From a bacterium (lineage in GTDB: Bacteria; Patescibacteriota; Microgenomatia; UBA1400; UBA12108): DNA of 64,000 nucleotides. Each line of letters opens with the position of its first letter. Within the stretch, counting starts at the first letter, position 1. The position numbers were made by a program, and so were the translations under genes. Positions 28,172 to 37,684 of the stretch are shown here, in pieces. The notes beneath the pieces were generated by a model. That model searched no databases and was not told where the DNA came from. It saw only the letters and a list, made by a program, of their open reading frames with translations. The DNA lies in assembly GCA_021788365.1 (NCBI GenBank), contig JAJYKS010000002.1, positions 96,521 to 160,520 on the forward strand, in the 5' to 3' direction.

Positions 28172-28222
28172 GAAACAAAGCAGAAACCTTTCAAAAAGAG
28201 GGATAAGACCGTTAAATCTCTA
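28172..28222. repeat. Partial copy C of the hairpin-rich element (3' portion only)
   Basis: GAAACAAAGCAGAAACCTTTCAAAAAGAGGGATAAGACCGTTAAATCTC aligns with the 3' third of copies A and B (GAAGCGGAAACCCTTGCAAAAAGAGGGGCAAGGCCCTTAAAAGAATC). Confidence 0.45.
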
Positions 28223-28240
28223 GTCCTGCGAAGTTACAAC

Positions 28241-30685
28241 CTAAGTATTCGTTCTTTTCAGCAACCGGGCGGAGTTAAGAAAAACAGCGACATCGGGGAA
28301 TGATTGGGCGGCAGCTGCAAGCACTGGAGGTAAAAATCCTATTGAGGCTAATCCCATCCCCACAATATCAAAACCAATCCCTAAAGTAATATTTTGCTTA
28401 ATCGTACGAAAGGTTTGCTTGGCAATAGCAATAGCTTCAGGGAGTTGATTCCAATCATCTCCCATCAATACTACATCTGCAGCTTCAAGAGCAATATCGG
28501 TACCGGCGACACCCATACCGATACCTACATCAGCCTGCGATAGCGAAGGAGCATCGTTGACCCCATCATCGATCATGGCTACTTTGTACCCTCGTTTTTG
28601 TAAGTCTTTTACCTCCTCAATTTTGTCTTCGGGTAATAAATGCGCCTGATAACCAATGCCTAAAGCTGATGCGACTGTTTGGGCGGCGTGTTTATTGTCT
28701 CCGGTCAGCATAATGATCTTTTTAAACCCGAGTTTTTTTAGTGTTTCAATTGCCGGTTTTACTTCATTTCGAATAATGTCAGTAATTGCCAACAAGCCCA
28801 AAACACCATCTTTTCTATTGGCTAAGATTAAGACGGTTTTCCCTTGTTTTTCAGAAGCTTCTATCAGGTCTTTTATTTTAGAGTTGATGGTAATGCCTTG
28901 CTCTTGAAGTAATTTTTGATTACCTAAATAATAGGTAAGCTTTTTGATATTGGCGATCACTCCTTTACCGGCGAGGGTTGAAAATTTGCCTGGATCGGAT
29001 AGATGTACGGCTGATTCTGCTGCCTTGTCGAGGACGGATTTGGCTAAAACATGTTCTGAATACCGTTCCATTGTGGCGGCAATCGACAGGATGTCATCAC
29101 TTGTCAAAGTAGAAACGGAAATAATATCAGTCACCTGCGGTTTTCCAAAGGTCAGGGTACCGGTTTTATCCACTAACAACACATTTACTTTGGTCAATAG
29201 TTCCAGATAACGGCCACCTTTAATCAAAATCCATTGTTTGGCCGCTCTACCGGTCGCTGCTACCACTGCCATCGGAGTTGATAATGCTACCGCACAGGGG
29301 CAGGCTACCACCAACACAGCAATTGTTGCCGATAAGTTCCGGCTGATTAAAAATGTCGCGGTCGCAATTAAAATAACCAGTGGCAGATAATAACCACTAA
29401 ACCGATCAGCAAATTTCTGAATTGGCGCTTTGTGTGTTTCGGCCTCTTCGACCAAGTGAATAATTTTGCCTAGAGTAGTATCAGCACCAATCCTGTTTAC
29501 CTTGATTTCCAGATGACCTGATTGATTCATGGTGGAAGCAAAAACCTGACTTCCCAGTTCAATCCGGACGGGTGTTGATTCCCCGGTAATGGTTGACTGA
29601 TCCACCGCACTAACCCCTCTCGAGACTTTACCATCAACCGGAATTCTCTCACCGGGTTTAACCACTACCGTATCCCCAACGATAATATCGGTGATATTCA
29701 CTTCAACTTCCTGGCCGTCTTTTTTGATCCACGCCGTAGTAGGAGCCAGTTTAATCAGTTCGTTAATTGCTTGGCGGGAGCGGTCAACGGTAAAGTTTTC
29801 CAGAAAGTGAGCTATGCGAACAAAAAATACAATTAATAACGCGGCGGATAATTCGTGTGAGACTGATGCTGCGGCTATACCAACACTCATGATCAAGTCA
29901 GTGTTGACTGACTTATGTAATAGATTTTGTAGGGCACTTTTAAAAATCGGATAACCGCCAACCAGAGTGGCACCAACTAACAACCAGTTGGGGATGGGAA
30001 CCAGAATCGCTTCAAGAATACCGAGTCGTTCAAAGACTATTTCGATTAAAAGAATCACTGCCAAAAATCCAACAAAAGCAAAAGTAATGATGCCATCAGT
30101 CTTGATTCCCTGCGTTTTTGCATCATCGGCTACTGTAAAACCTGAGCGTTGGATTAATTGTTTGATATCATCAATCGTAATTTTGCTGTCGTCATAGGTG
30201 AGAGAGATTTTTTCGGCGGTAAACAGTAAGGTATAGGTACCAATACCTGTTTGTGTTTTAAGTACCCCTTCTAAAGGGATGGCACATTCCGGACAATCCA
30301 ATCCTTTTACTTTTAAACTTATCGTCTTTGTCGCTTGAGTTTTTGCTGTTGGGTTTATGGTTACCCCGGCTACATTTGATTGACGGCTACACTGACCATC
30401 ACCACATGTATCACAACTATTGTCTTTTCTCATTCGATAGAAACCATAGATGACAGAAAGCAAGGTTAGACCGGCGATAATCGGTTTGGTGATACCTAAA
30501 AACGAGGCGCCGAACATCCCGGCATAAATGGCCAGCATGGGTGAACCACAGCAGCCAATCAAGAAACAACCTGCAAAAGACAAAACAGAAACTAACGACA
30601 GTCCACCAAAGACACCTTTCAGGTTACCGGCCGAGGATCGTCGGCGATCCAGGTAATTAATGAAAGTAAACGTCATAAACGCCAT
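28241..30685 (-). CDS. Heavy-metal P1B-type ATPase (CPC) with an extended Cys-rich N-terminal membrane region
   Basis: 814 aa. Extra N-terminal TM helices carry CFLIGCCGS and CDTCGDGQC. An HMA-like domain (GLDCPECAIP) is present. TM6 is VVACPCAVALSTP. DKTGTLT and GDGVNDAP motifs are present. Confidence 0.9.
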   Translation of the reverse strand: MAFMTFTFINYLDRRRSSAGNLKGVFGGLSLVSVLSFAGCFLIGCCGSPMLAIYAGMFGASFLGITKPIIAGLTLLSVIYGFYRMRKDNSCDTCGDGQCSRQSNVAGVTINPTAKTQATKTISLKVKGLDCPECAIPLEGVLKTQTGIGTYTLLFTAEKISLTYDDSKITIDDIKQLIQRSGFTVADDAKTQGIKTDGIITFAFVGFLAVILLIEIVFERLGILEAILVPIPNWLLVGATLVGGYPIFKSALQNLLHKSVNTDLIMSVGIAAASVSHELSAALLIVFFVRIAHFLENFTVDRSRQAINELIKLAPTTAWIKKDGQEVEVNITDIIVGDTVVVKPGERIPVDGKVSRGVSAVDQSTITGESTPVRIELGSQVFASTMNQSGHLEIKVNRIGADTTLGKIIHLVEEAETHKAPIQKFADRFSGYYLPLVILIATATFLISRNLSATIAVLVVACPCAVALSTPMAVVAATGRAAKQWILIKGGRYLELLTKVNVLLVDKTGTLTFGKPQVTDIISVSTLTSDDILSIAATMERYSEHVLAKSVLDKAAESAVHLSDPGKFSTLAGKGVIANIKKLTYYLGNQKLLQEQGITINSKIKDLIEASEKQGKTVLILANRKDGVLGLLAITDIIRNEVKPAIETLKKLGFKKIIMLTGDNKHAAQTVASALGIGYQAHLLPEDKIEEVKDLQKRGYKVAMIDDGVNDAPSLSQADVGIGMGVAGTDIALEAADVVLMGDDWNQLPEAIAIAKQTFRTIKQNITLGIGFDIVGMGLASIGFLPPVLAAAAQSFPDVAVFLNSARLLKRTNT

Positions 30686-30864
30686 CGCTAAAGCGTGGAA
30701 AATCCGAGAAAATAATCCCTTTGGTCAAAATATCCTTGAATGATCAGTGGTATCTGGCTGTTATCGACCACCCACGGAGAAAAGGGTTTTGCTTAATATT
30801 CGAAAGCTAAAGTGTAGCGAAAAGACTGTTATAAATACGGCAAATGGGAGGTATGACTTTAACT

Positions 30865-31311
30865 TCATTGGGGTTTGACCTGAGTGGCCTTAATAATCAA
30901 TTTCCCCGAACTATCGCGAGACACCATTCCTGAAACTTGGACATAATCTTTAACATTAGGTAAGGTTCCCGTGTAATTTACCGGAATTTGATTGATGGCA
31001 CATGTGACCACTCCGCAATTGGCAAACTCCTTGTTATCAATAACTACCAGTGATTGGCTTTCCGGATAAACAAAGGAAACTACACCTTTAAGGTTTATCG
31101 ATTTATCAAAGTATTGATTGACATTGTTTGCCAGCATATCAACGTCCAAAACGGTATTTGAATCTATCTGGCTATTTTTGCTTGTACTGTTGGCTGCCTT
31201 GATCAGTGTTCTATATTTGACGATTAAACCAATCCCAATGAGGAGCATGATGATTAGGGCGATTGTTAGGTATTTTGTTGTTTTCATATATTTAATATCT
31301 GGTACACGCAA
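30865..31311 (-). CDS. Membrane-anchored hypothetical protein in an operon with the ATPase
   Basis: 148 aa with an N-terminal TM segment (LTIALIIMLLIGIGLIV). It lies between the ArsR-family gene and the ATPase on the same strand. Confidence 0.35.
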   Translation of the reverse strand: MRVPDIKYMKTTKYLTIALIIMLLIGIGLIVKYRTLIKAANSTSKNSQIDSNTVLDVDMLANNVNQYFDKSINLKGVVSFVYPESQSLVVIDNKEFANCGVVTCAINQIPVNYTGTLPNVKDYVQVSGMVSRDSSGKLIIKATQVKPQ

Positions 31312-31621
31312 AAATAGTATTGGCGGTCAATTTTAAGATGCTTTGACCAAGTTCTATCAGTTCGGCGATTTTTTTATCCACCAAACTATAGATAACCTGT
31401 CGGCCGTCATGTCTTGATTGAACCAAGCCACACTCCTTAAGGCAGCTTAGATGGGCTGATACATTGGGTTGGGATAAACCAGTTTCCTCAACCACATCGC
31501 TGACAGATTTTTCTTTGTCGATTAAAGATTTAAGAATGGTTAATCGAGAACTATCGGCGAAACCGTTAAACAGGCGAGCCTCTAGTTGAATAGTGCTTTG
31601 ATTGGTGACATTACGACTCAT
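31292..31621 (-). CDS. ArsR/SmtB-family metal-responsive repressor
   Basis: 109 aa with an HTH (LSQPNVSAHLSCLKECGLV). Candidate operator ATAATC-N12-GATTAT lies upstream at about 31623-31650. Confidence 0.75.
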   Translation of the reverse strand: MSRNVTNQSTIQLEARLFNGFADSSRLTILKSLIDKEKSVSDVVEETGLSQPNVSAHLSCLKECGLVQSRHDGRQVIYSLVDKKIAELIELGQSILKLTANTIFACTRY

Positions 31622-31827
31622 ATATATAATCGTGTAATTATATGATTATAGAATAGTTGGAAGTAAAAAGATGTCAATAACTTAACAGTATTCACTGCAA
31701 GAATATTCATGGGGTTTGATAGTTCACAATATAAAATAGTTAGAAAATATTCAAAAAATATAACATAATGTCACTGCATTTTCTTGTCATCATCTTCATA
31801 AAATCTTAATATCGCCAGGAGTACGAT

Positions 31828-32121
31828 TTGACTATGAATATCAAAACTCAGGATCTCGACAAACAGGAAATTGTTAAAAAATTACGGTTGGCGAGTGGAA
31901 TTATCAGCATATTGATTAACCAAATGGAAGAGGGTCTAGATTGGGAATTGGCACATACCCAACTCGTCGTAGCAATAACTCAACTTAAATCTGTAACAAG
32001 ACAACTTGCAGTGCATCATCTAGTTGTTTGTATAGCTAATAGACTAAAAATTGAACAGAGTCAAGAAATCTCGAAACAAAATATTAGTGAATTTATAAAA
32101 ACATTTAATTACATAAACTAA
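31828..32121 (+). CDS. CsoR/RcnR/FrmR-family metal-sensing repressor
   Basis: 97 aa all-helical protein with the family core (KKLRLASGIISILINQMEEG...HTQLVVAITQLKSVTRQLAVHHLVVCI) including H-x3-C. The first Cys of CsoR is absent, which makes it RcnR-like. Confidence 0.6.
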   Translation: MTMNIKTQDLDKQEIVKKLRLASGIISILINQMEEGLDWELAHTQLVVAITQLKSVTRQLAVHHLVVCIANRLKIEQSQEISKQNISEFIKTFNYIN

Positions 32122-32122
32122 T

Positions 32123-32620
32123 ATGTCACCAAAAACAATCATCATCGGTATACTCATATTCTTCCTAGCAGTAGTAGGACTGTCATTTCTTTTGACCGCA
32201 GGCCAAAAACCCGCACCTGCTACCGCTTCATTTTCAGCGCAGGATACGGATCGTCCTAAAGCAGAAACGACAAATACTCAAAGAAATCTGGGTGAAATTA
32301 AAGTATCGGATGTAAAAGTTGAAGATTATGCTGTTAAAAATGTGGGTACGAAGCCACTCCAAATTCTCAATATCAATTCGAGCTGTGGATGTACGGCAGG
32401 CCAGATCATATACCAAGGTAAAACGAGCAAAGAGTTCAGTATGCATACCCAAAGTGGATTTGTCACCGAAATTGCACCGGGAGATACCGCAACTGTTCGT
32501 TTGACCTACCGACCGGCCACTATGCCTGTCTACGGACTCGTAGAGCGTGAAGTATACGTTGAGACAAATGACCCTGCAAATGCAAAATTGATCTTTAGCA
32601 TAACTGCGAAAGTAAAATAA
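32123..32620 (+). CDS. DUF1573-domain protein (membrane-anchored, SCGCT motif)
   Basis: 165 aa with an N-terminal TM segment and a DUF1573 core (VKNVGTKPLQILNINSSCGCTAG). Confidence 0.55.
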   Translation: MSPKTIIIGILIFFLAVVGLSFLLTAGQKPAPATASFSAQDTDRPKAETTNTQRNLGEIKVSDVKVEDYAVKNVGTKPLQILNINSSCGCTAGQIIYQGKTSKEFSMHTQSGFVTEIAPGDTATVRLTYRPATMPVYGLVEREVYVETNDPANAKLIFSITAKVK

Positions 32621-32622
32621 CC

Positions 32623-33450
32623 ATGGATACAAATTTCCTTTTTGGTATATCGTTAACCGCATCCTTTTTGGCCGGAGTATTGGCATTATTTGCCCCATGC
32701 TGTATCACTTTTCTGTTACCGTCATATCTAGGCACAATATTTAAAGAGCGTAAACGGGTCATGTATTACACGCTTATATTTGCACTTGGTCTTGCATTAG
32801 TTCTCGTTCCTATCGCACTTGGGATTCGTTCTGCAATATTCTTCCTTGACGCCTACCATACTCCTATCTATTACCTTGGAGCACTTGTGATGATCCTCAT
32901 GGGGGTAATGACACTAAAACCGATCTTTCACCTTCCACAGTTTTTCCATGTTTCTGGATTGCAGGGTAAAAAAGTAAATACGGCAAGTGTGTTTGGCCTT
33001 GGACTTATGTCCGGCCTTACCTCAGCTTGCTGTGCGCCAGTTCTTTTTGCCGCAGTTACCCTGACTTCGCTCTCTCCGTCACTATTCCAAGCTCTGATAG
33101 TTTCAATAGCCTATGTTGTGGGTATTGTTATGCCGCTATTTATTATGTCGATGTTCTATGAAAAGGCTACCAGTAAAGTCACTGGCGCCAATAGGCAGAA
33201 AATCTATACGATACTAACAAGGCTTGGAGCAGGCATCTTTTTTCTCACAGGCATTTTGATTGCGATTTTTAACTACCTCGGCAAAATTCAGATGAACCAA
33301 ATGGAGCCATACAGTATCAAAATCCGCATGATCGTTTTTGAAATTGCCAAATATTTCCAAAATCCGATAGTTGATCTCGCGGTATTTGGAATTGTGCTCT
33401 ACGCTTTTTATAAATTACTGCGCTACAAAGGAGGCAACGATGAAAAATAA
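32623..33450 (+). CDS. CcdA/DsbD-family transmembrane electron transporter, second copy
   Basis: 275 aa multi-TM protein with FAPCCITFLLPSYLG and a second conserved Cys (SACCAPVLF). Confidence 0.7.
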   Translation: MDTNFLFGISLTASFLAGVLALFAPCCITFLLPSYLGTIFKERKRVMYYTLIFALGLALVLVPIALGIRSAIFFLDAYHTPIYYLGALVMILMGVMTLKPIFHLPQFFHVSGLQGKKVNTASVFGLGLMSGLTSACCAPVLFAAVTLTSLSPSLFQALIVSIAYVVGIVMPLFIMSMFYEKATSKVTGANRQKIYTILTRLGAGIFFLTGILIAIFNYLGKIQMNQMEPYSIKIRMIVFEIAKYFQNPIVDLAVFGIVLYAFYKLLRYKGGNDEK

Positions 33451-34375
33451 ACTACTGCCGATCCTTCTTGTAAGTGTCGTTGCCAATACTATTTTGGCTG
33501 CATTTTTGCTCGCTCCGAAACTAGCCGTCTGGAGAGCAAATGGCTTTAAACCTGCAAGTAAAACAAATACGACTCAGGCAACTTCTGCCAGTAAAGACAA
33601 CCTATTTGACGAAGTAAATCCGGTAGCTGGATTTAAAATTAATGCCAGCTACGGTCAGCTCGGCCCGAAAATGACAGCAATGGGGGTTATCGATCCAGAC
33701 AAGTTTAAAAACACCTATGAAAAATCCAATCAACCTCTAACTGTCGAGCAGGAACAAATTTTGTTAAAGGGCTCTGATGAAAAGATTACTATTACCCGAG
33801 AAAATTCGTATTTTCTTCTGAACTACTTTTGGGCGGTAGGTCTGGCTAATAAGTCAAAGATTTTAGATGAAGGAGAAATGATCAAGTATGGTGGTAAAGA
33901 GGGAGCCGGAAACTTCGCCTCAACCGGTGGTTGGAGTCTAGCCAGGGGAAACGCGATGAGCTACTATTCTAAATCCGCTCTTATTCCACTAACCAAAGAA
34001 CAAGAAGCATTAGTTGAGCTCGTGGCCTCCAATATATATCGGCCATGTTGTAATAATTCGACGGCATTCCCGGATTGTAATCACGGGATGGCACTTTTAG
34101 GAGTACTCCAACTGATGGTGAGTAACGGTGCAACGGAAAGAGAAATGTATGAAGCTGCCAAATATGTGAATGCATTTTGGTTTCCGGGTAACTATTATGA
34201 CCTAGCGCTCTACTTTAAAAACAAAGAGGGTAAGTCATTTAATGATATTGATGCCAAGACATTGCTAAGCAAAGATTATTCTTCGGCTTCAGGATGGCAA
34301 GGAGCCAAACAATGGCTTGCTGATAAGGGATTAGTACAACGACCTCCTAAACAGGCTGGAGGATGCGGCGTATAA
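33440..34375 (+). CDS. Secreted or membrane-anchored Cys-containing hypothetical protein
   Basis: The start is chosen at MKNKLLPILLVSV, after the RBS ggaggcaacg at 33440. A signal/TM segment is followed by RPCCNNSTAFPDCNHG and a C-terminal GGCGV. No family recognised. Confidence 0.4.
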   Translation: MKNKLLPILLVSVVANTILAAFLLAPKLAVWRANGFKPASKTNTTQATSASKDNLFDEVNPVAGFKINASYGQLGPKMTAMGVIDPDKFKNTYEKSNQPLTVEQEQILLKGSDEKITITRENSYFLLNYFWAVGLANKSKILDEGEMIKYGGKEGAGNFASTGGWSLARGNAMSYYSKSALIPLTKEQEALVELVASNIYRPCCNNSTAFPDCNHGMALLGVLQLMVSNGATEREMYEAAKYVNAFWFPGNYYDLALYFKNKEGKSFNDIDAKTLLSKDYSSASGWQGAKQWLADKGLVQRPPKQAGGCGV

Positions 34376-34411
34376 ACGTAAAAAATGGTACTATAAATAT
34401 GTTGAGTCACT

Positions 34412-34891
34412 ATGAAGCATTATCACAAAAGTATCGTACTTTCTGCGTCTCCTGAGCAAGTGTTCGATTACGCCGATGATCATTCCCGTTTTTCATCTCA
34501 CATGACTAGTTCGTCATGGATGATGATGGGAAGCAGCATGCATATTTCAACAGATGATAAACTCGGGAGGGAAGTTGGTTCTCACATATTTTTGAAAGGC
34601 ACAATTTTAGGTATTCCTATGTTTGTGGATGAAGTGGTAACGGAGCATAGAAAGCCGAGTGTAAAATCATGGAAAACGGTCAACGTACAGAATCTGTTAA
34701 TAATTGGTGACTATGCGATGAAATTCGATATTTTCCCTCAAGCACATAGTTCTCTGTTTCGCGTTTCGATTGATTATGAACAGCCAAAAAAGCACAAATT
34801 GCTTGGTATCTTGTTTGGCGATTGGTATGCTCAGTGGTGTGTTCAACAAATGCTCGATAATGCAAAAAGTATTTTTTCTCGTAAATCTTAA
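34412..34891 (+). CDS. SRPBCC (START/Bet v1-like) domain protein
   Basis: 159 aa with fold-family N-terminal features (ASPEQVFDYADDHSRFSSHM). Weak assignment. Confidence 0.35.
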   Translation: MKHYHKSIVLSASPEQVFDYADDHSRFSSHMTSSSWMMMGSSMHISTDDKLGREVGSHIFLKGTILGIPMFVDEVVTEHRKPSVKSWKTVNVQNLLIIGDYAMKFDIFPQAHSSLFRVSIDYEQPKKHKLLGILFGDWYAQWCVQQMLDNAKSIFSRKS

Positions 34892-34925
34892 TGATTTCTT
34901 CATGATTTTTTAATATAATAGTATC

Positions 34926-35591
34926 ATGAGAGTCTTAATTGTCGAGGACGAACGTCGCCTATCAAACATCATTAAAAAAGGCTTCATTGAGGATGGGTTT
35001 GCTGTTGATCAGGCATTTGATGGTGAGGAGGGTCAATATCTCGCTGAAAGCGAGCAGTATGATCTGATAGTGCTTGATATCATGCTCCCTAAACTTGATG
35101 GTCTTCAAGTTTGCAAAGAACTTCGCAAAAAGAGCATCAAAACACCCGTCCTCATGCTTACTGCTAAATCAACAACCGAAGATAAGGTTGCCGGACTTGA
35201 TAGCGGGGCTGACGACTATATAACGAAGCCTTTTTCGTTTATTGAATTTCGTTCCCGCATCCATGCCCTAATCCGCCGAAGCCATCAGGAAACGTCGCCA
35301 GTATTGTTAATTGATGGCCTAGAGCTTGATCCGTTGAAGCATACCGTTTCCCGTGACACAAAGGCATTAACCTTGACACCAAAAGAATTTGCGGTTTTAG
35401 AGCTTATGATGCGACACAAAGGTGAAGTTGTTTCCCGCACAATGATTATTGAACATGTGTGGGATTACAACTTTGACGGTATGAGTAATGTAGTTGATGT
35501 ATTTGTAGGCACGCTTCGAAAGAAAATTGATTTGCACGCTAAGAAAAAACTCATCCAGACCGTGCATGGTGTGGGGTATAAAATTGGATAA
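34926..35591 (+). CDS. OmpR-family response regulator
   Basis: 221 aa with a receiver domain (MRVLIVEDE...DLIVLDIMLPKLDG...LMLTAK) and a winged-helix trans_reg_C domain. Confidence 0.9.
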   Translation: MRVLIVEDERRLSNIIKKGFIEDGFAVDQAFDGEEGQYLAESEQYDLIVLDIMLPKLDGLQVCKELRKKSIKTPVLMLTAKSTTEDKVAGLDSGADDYITKPFSFIEFRSRIHALIRRSHQETSPVLLIDGLELDPLKHTVSRDTKALTLTPKEFAVLELMMRHKGEVVSRTMIIEHVWDYNFDGMSNVVDVFVGTLRKKIDLHAKKKLIQTVHGVGYKIG

Positions 35592-35592
35592 C

Positions 35593-36996
35593 ATGAATAG
35601 AAAATCTATCCGTTTTCGATTGACACTGTGGTACTCCACTGCATTTTTTGTCAGTACTGCAATTGTCTTCGCCGTATTCTTCTATGTTACGAAACAAACA
35701 ATCCTCTATCAGACTGATCGTGCAGTAATAGCTCATGCCGAAACATTAACCCATATCGTATCGAATGATCAACCAAGCATGGCACAGGGTGTTTTTAACC
35801 AAGGCATCATCAGCCAACAATTTGCCGAAATGCCCGGAATGCTGGTTATTATTACCGATTCAACGGGGAAGATTACCGGTAGTTCTCAGATGGGAGCAGA
35901 TCAAAATCCCATACTAAAAGACCTGATAGAAAAATCCATAAATATCATTAAGCCAACGTTTGTTGAACGAAAAATTGGTTCTACAACACTTCGTATAGGA
36001 GTATTTCCTATCATTAAAGATGGCGTGATCTCAGGTCTTGTTTTTATGGGTGATCCAGTCGATGCAATATACCATTCGTTTAACGCACTTCTGCTTACCC
36101 TCGTCACTATCTATATTTTGTTTGCATTTCCGACAATAATTGGAAGTTACTTCTTGGCAAAAAGTGCAATGCAGCCGATCCGCAGGATTTCTGGTGAATT
36201 AAAATCTATCACTTCCCAGGATCTGAATCGACAGGTTGAAGTTCCAAAAACATCCGATGAAGTCTCTGAGCTAGTAATCACCTTTAACGATTTGCTCCGA
36301 CGCCTTCATGAGTCATTTAAGAGAGAACGCCAATTTATCGGGGATGTCGCACATGAATTGAAAACACCGGTCGCGACGTTAAAAGGAGAAATTGAACTAG
36401 CATTATCAAAAAAACGCACAAATGAAGAATATAAAAGTGCTTTTAACGAAACACTTATTGATGTAAACCGACTTTCAGCCACAATTAGAAATATTCTCGA
36501 TTTAGCATGGATCGGGGCAGACAAGGCGATTAGTAATAATCAGCAAACTGATCTGACTGCGGTACTTACAGAACTAAACGAAATTGCAATTAAACTAGCT
36601 GCACAAAAACATATTACAGTCAAAAGTCATATTACCGAAGGCGTGCTGGTTTCTGGATCTGAAGACAAGCTCGCCCGGGCAATTCTTAACATCCTAGATA
36701 ACGCGGTGAAATATACTCCTTTGAATGAGACCATTTCCATCTTTCTTCGTACAAAAAATAACGAGGCTGTGATTGAAGTTATCGATACAGGTAGTGGTAT
36801 TTCCGAAAAGGATTTGCCCCACATCTTTGACCGTTTCTATCGCGGTTCAAAAACAGCCAAAACACTAGGCTCCGGACTAGGACTTGCCATTGCCCAAGGT
36901 ATTATAGAGTCTCACAGTGGCACAATTTCTATAGCTAGCAAGGTCGGTAAGGGAACACACGTCACCATGACTCTCCCTCTGATAGATAAATCTTAA
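35593..36996 (+). CDS. Sensor histidine kinase
   Basis: Start MNRKSIRF at 35593, one nt after the RR stop. Two TM segments, a HAMP region, an H-box (FIGDVAHELKTPV) and HATPase_c motifs (DNAVKYT, DTGSGI, GSGLGLAIA). Confidence 0.85.
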   Translation: MNRKSIRFRLTLWYSTAFFVSTAIVFAVFFYVTKQTILYQTDRAVIAHAETLTHIVSNDQPSMAQGVFNQGIISQQFAEMPGMLVIITDSTGKITGSSQMGADQNPILKDLIEKSINIIKPTFVERKIGSTTLRIGVFPIIKDGVISGLVFMGDPVDAIYHSFNALLLTLVTIYILFAFPTIIGSYFLAKSAMQPIRRISGELKSITSQDLNRQVEVPKTSDEVSELVITFNDLLRRLHESFKRERQFIGDVAHELKTPVATLKGEIELALSKKRTNEEYKSAFNETLIDVNRLSATIRNILDLAWIGADKAISNNQQTDLTAVLTELNEIAIKLAAQKHITVKSHITEGVLVSGSEDKLARAILNILDNAVKYTPLNETISIFLRTKNNEAVIEVIDTGSGISEKDLPHIFDRFYRGSKTAKTLGSGLGLAIAQGIIESHSGTISIASKVGKGTHVTMTLPLIDKS

Positions 36997-37050
36997 TCTT
37001 CATACTTTCTTAATCTGTACGTTACTATAATCTGGGTAAGGAGGTTAGAT

Positions 37051-37260
37051 ATGGATCACTCAACAATGAATCATTCAACCAATGGGGATACAAAAAGTAA
37101 AACGAATTGGCTACTTATATGTCTTGGGGTTGTGGCGGCAATATTCATAGCCGTAAAGATATTTGGAGTGCCCCTCACAAATGTAGTGTACTTTGGAGCC
37201 ATACTAGCTTGTCCGCTGATGCACATCTTAATGATGCGCAATGCCGGTCATAAACATTAA
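37051..37260 (+). CDS. Small membrane protein, DUF2933-like (CPLMH motif, His-rich ends)
   Basis: 69 aa with a single TM segment and ACPLMHILMMRNAGHKH. Proteins of this type are common in copper-resistance loci. Confidence 0.4.
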   Translation: MDHSTMNHSTNGDTKSKTNWLLICLGVVAAIFIAVKIFGVPLTNVVYFGAILACPLMHILMMRNAGHKH

Positions 37261-37306
37261 ATGCTTGTATTTTCGTATCTAAACTTCTACAATTCGTAGT
37301 AGAGAT

Positions 37307-37684
37307 ATGAAAGTGAAAGCGTTAAGTGAACTTGAATTCGAAGTAATGAATGTGGTCTGGAATATTCAGACCTGTTCGGTGCGTGATGTCTTGGCCCAGA
37401 TATCAAAAGATAAAGATCTTGCATATACCACGATCGCTACGATACTTCAGAGACTACACGAAAAAGGGTTAGTCAACCGGAGTGACAAAGATTTTGCTGT
37501 TCACTACAAGCCGAGAATTTCAAAGGCCGAGTATAGCAAATCAGTTGCCGGATCATTCTTCACTAAATTTTTTGATTCATTTGGCGACGCGGCGATTGCT
37601 TCTTTTGCGGAATCGGTCGATGAGTTGCCCAGAGAGAAGAAGGAATATTTCCTCAGACTCTTAGAAAAGAGCCATGAAACCTAA
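37307..37684 (+). CDS. BlaI/MecI/CopY-family transcriptional repressor
   Basis: 125 aa with a penicillinase-repressor winged helix (LSELEFEVMNVVW...YTTIATILQRLHEKGLV). Confidence 0.75.
   Translation: MKVKALSELEFEVMNVVWNIQTCSVRDVLAQISKDKDLAYTTIATILQRLHEKGLVNRSDKDFAVHYKPRISKAEYSKSVAGSFFTKFFDSFGDAAIASFAESVDELPREKKEYFLRLLEKSHET

Noticed and set aside
33371-33439. Upstream extension of the 33440 gene overlapping the CcdA-like gene
   Set aside because: The internal ATG at 33440 is preceded by a GGAGG RBS and begins a signal peptide. The longer form would overlap the upstream gene by 80 nt.
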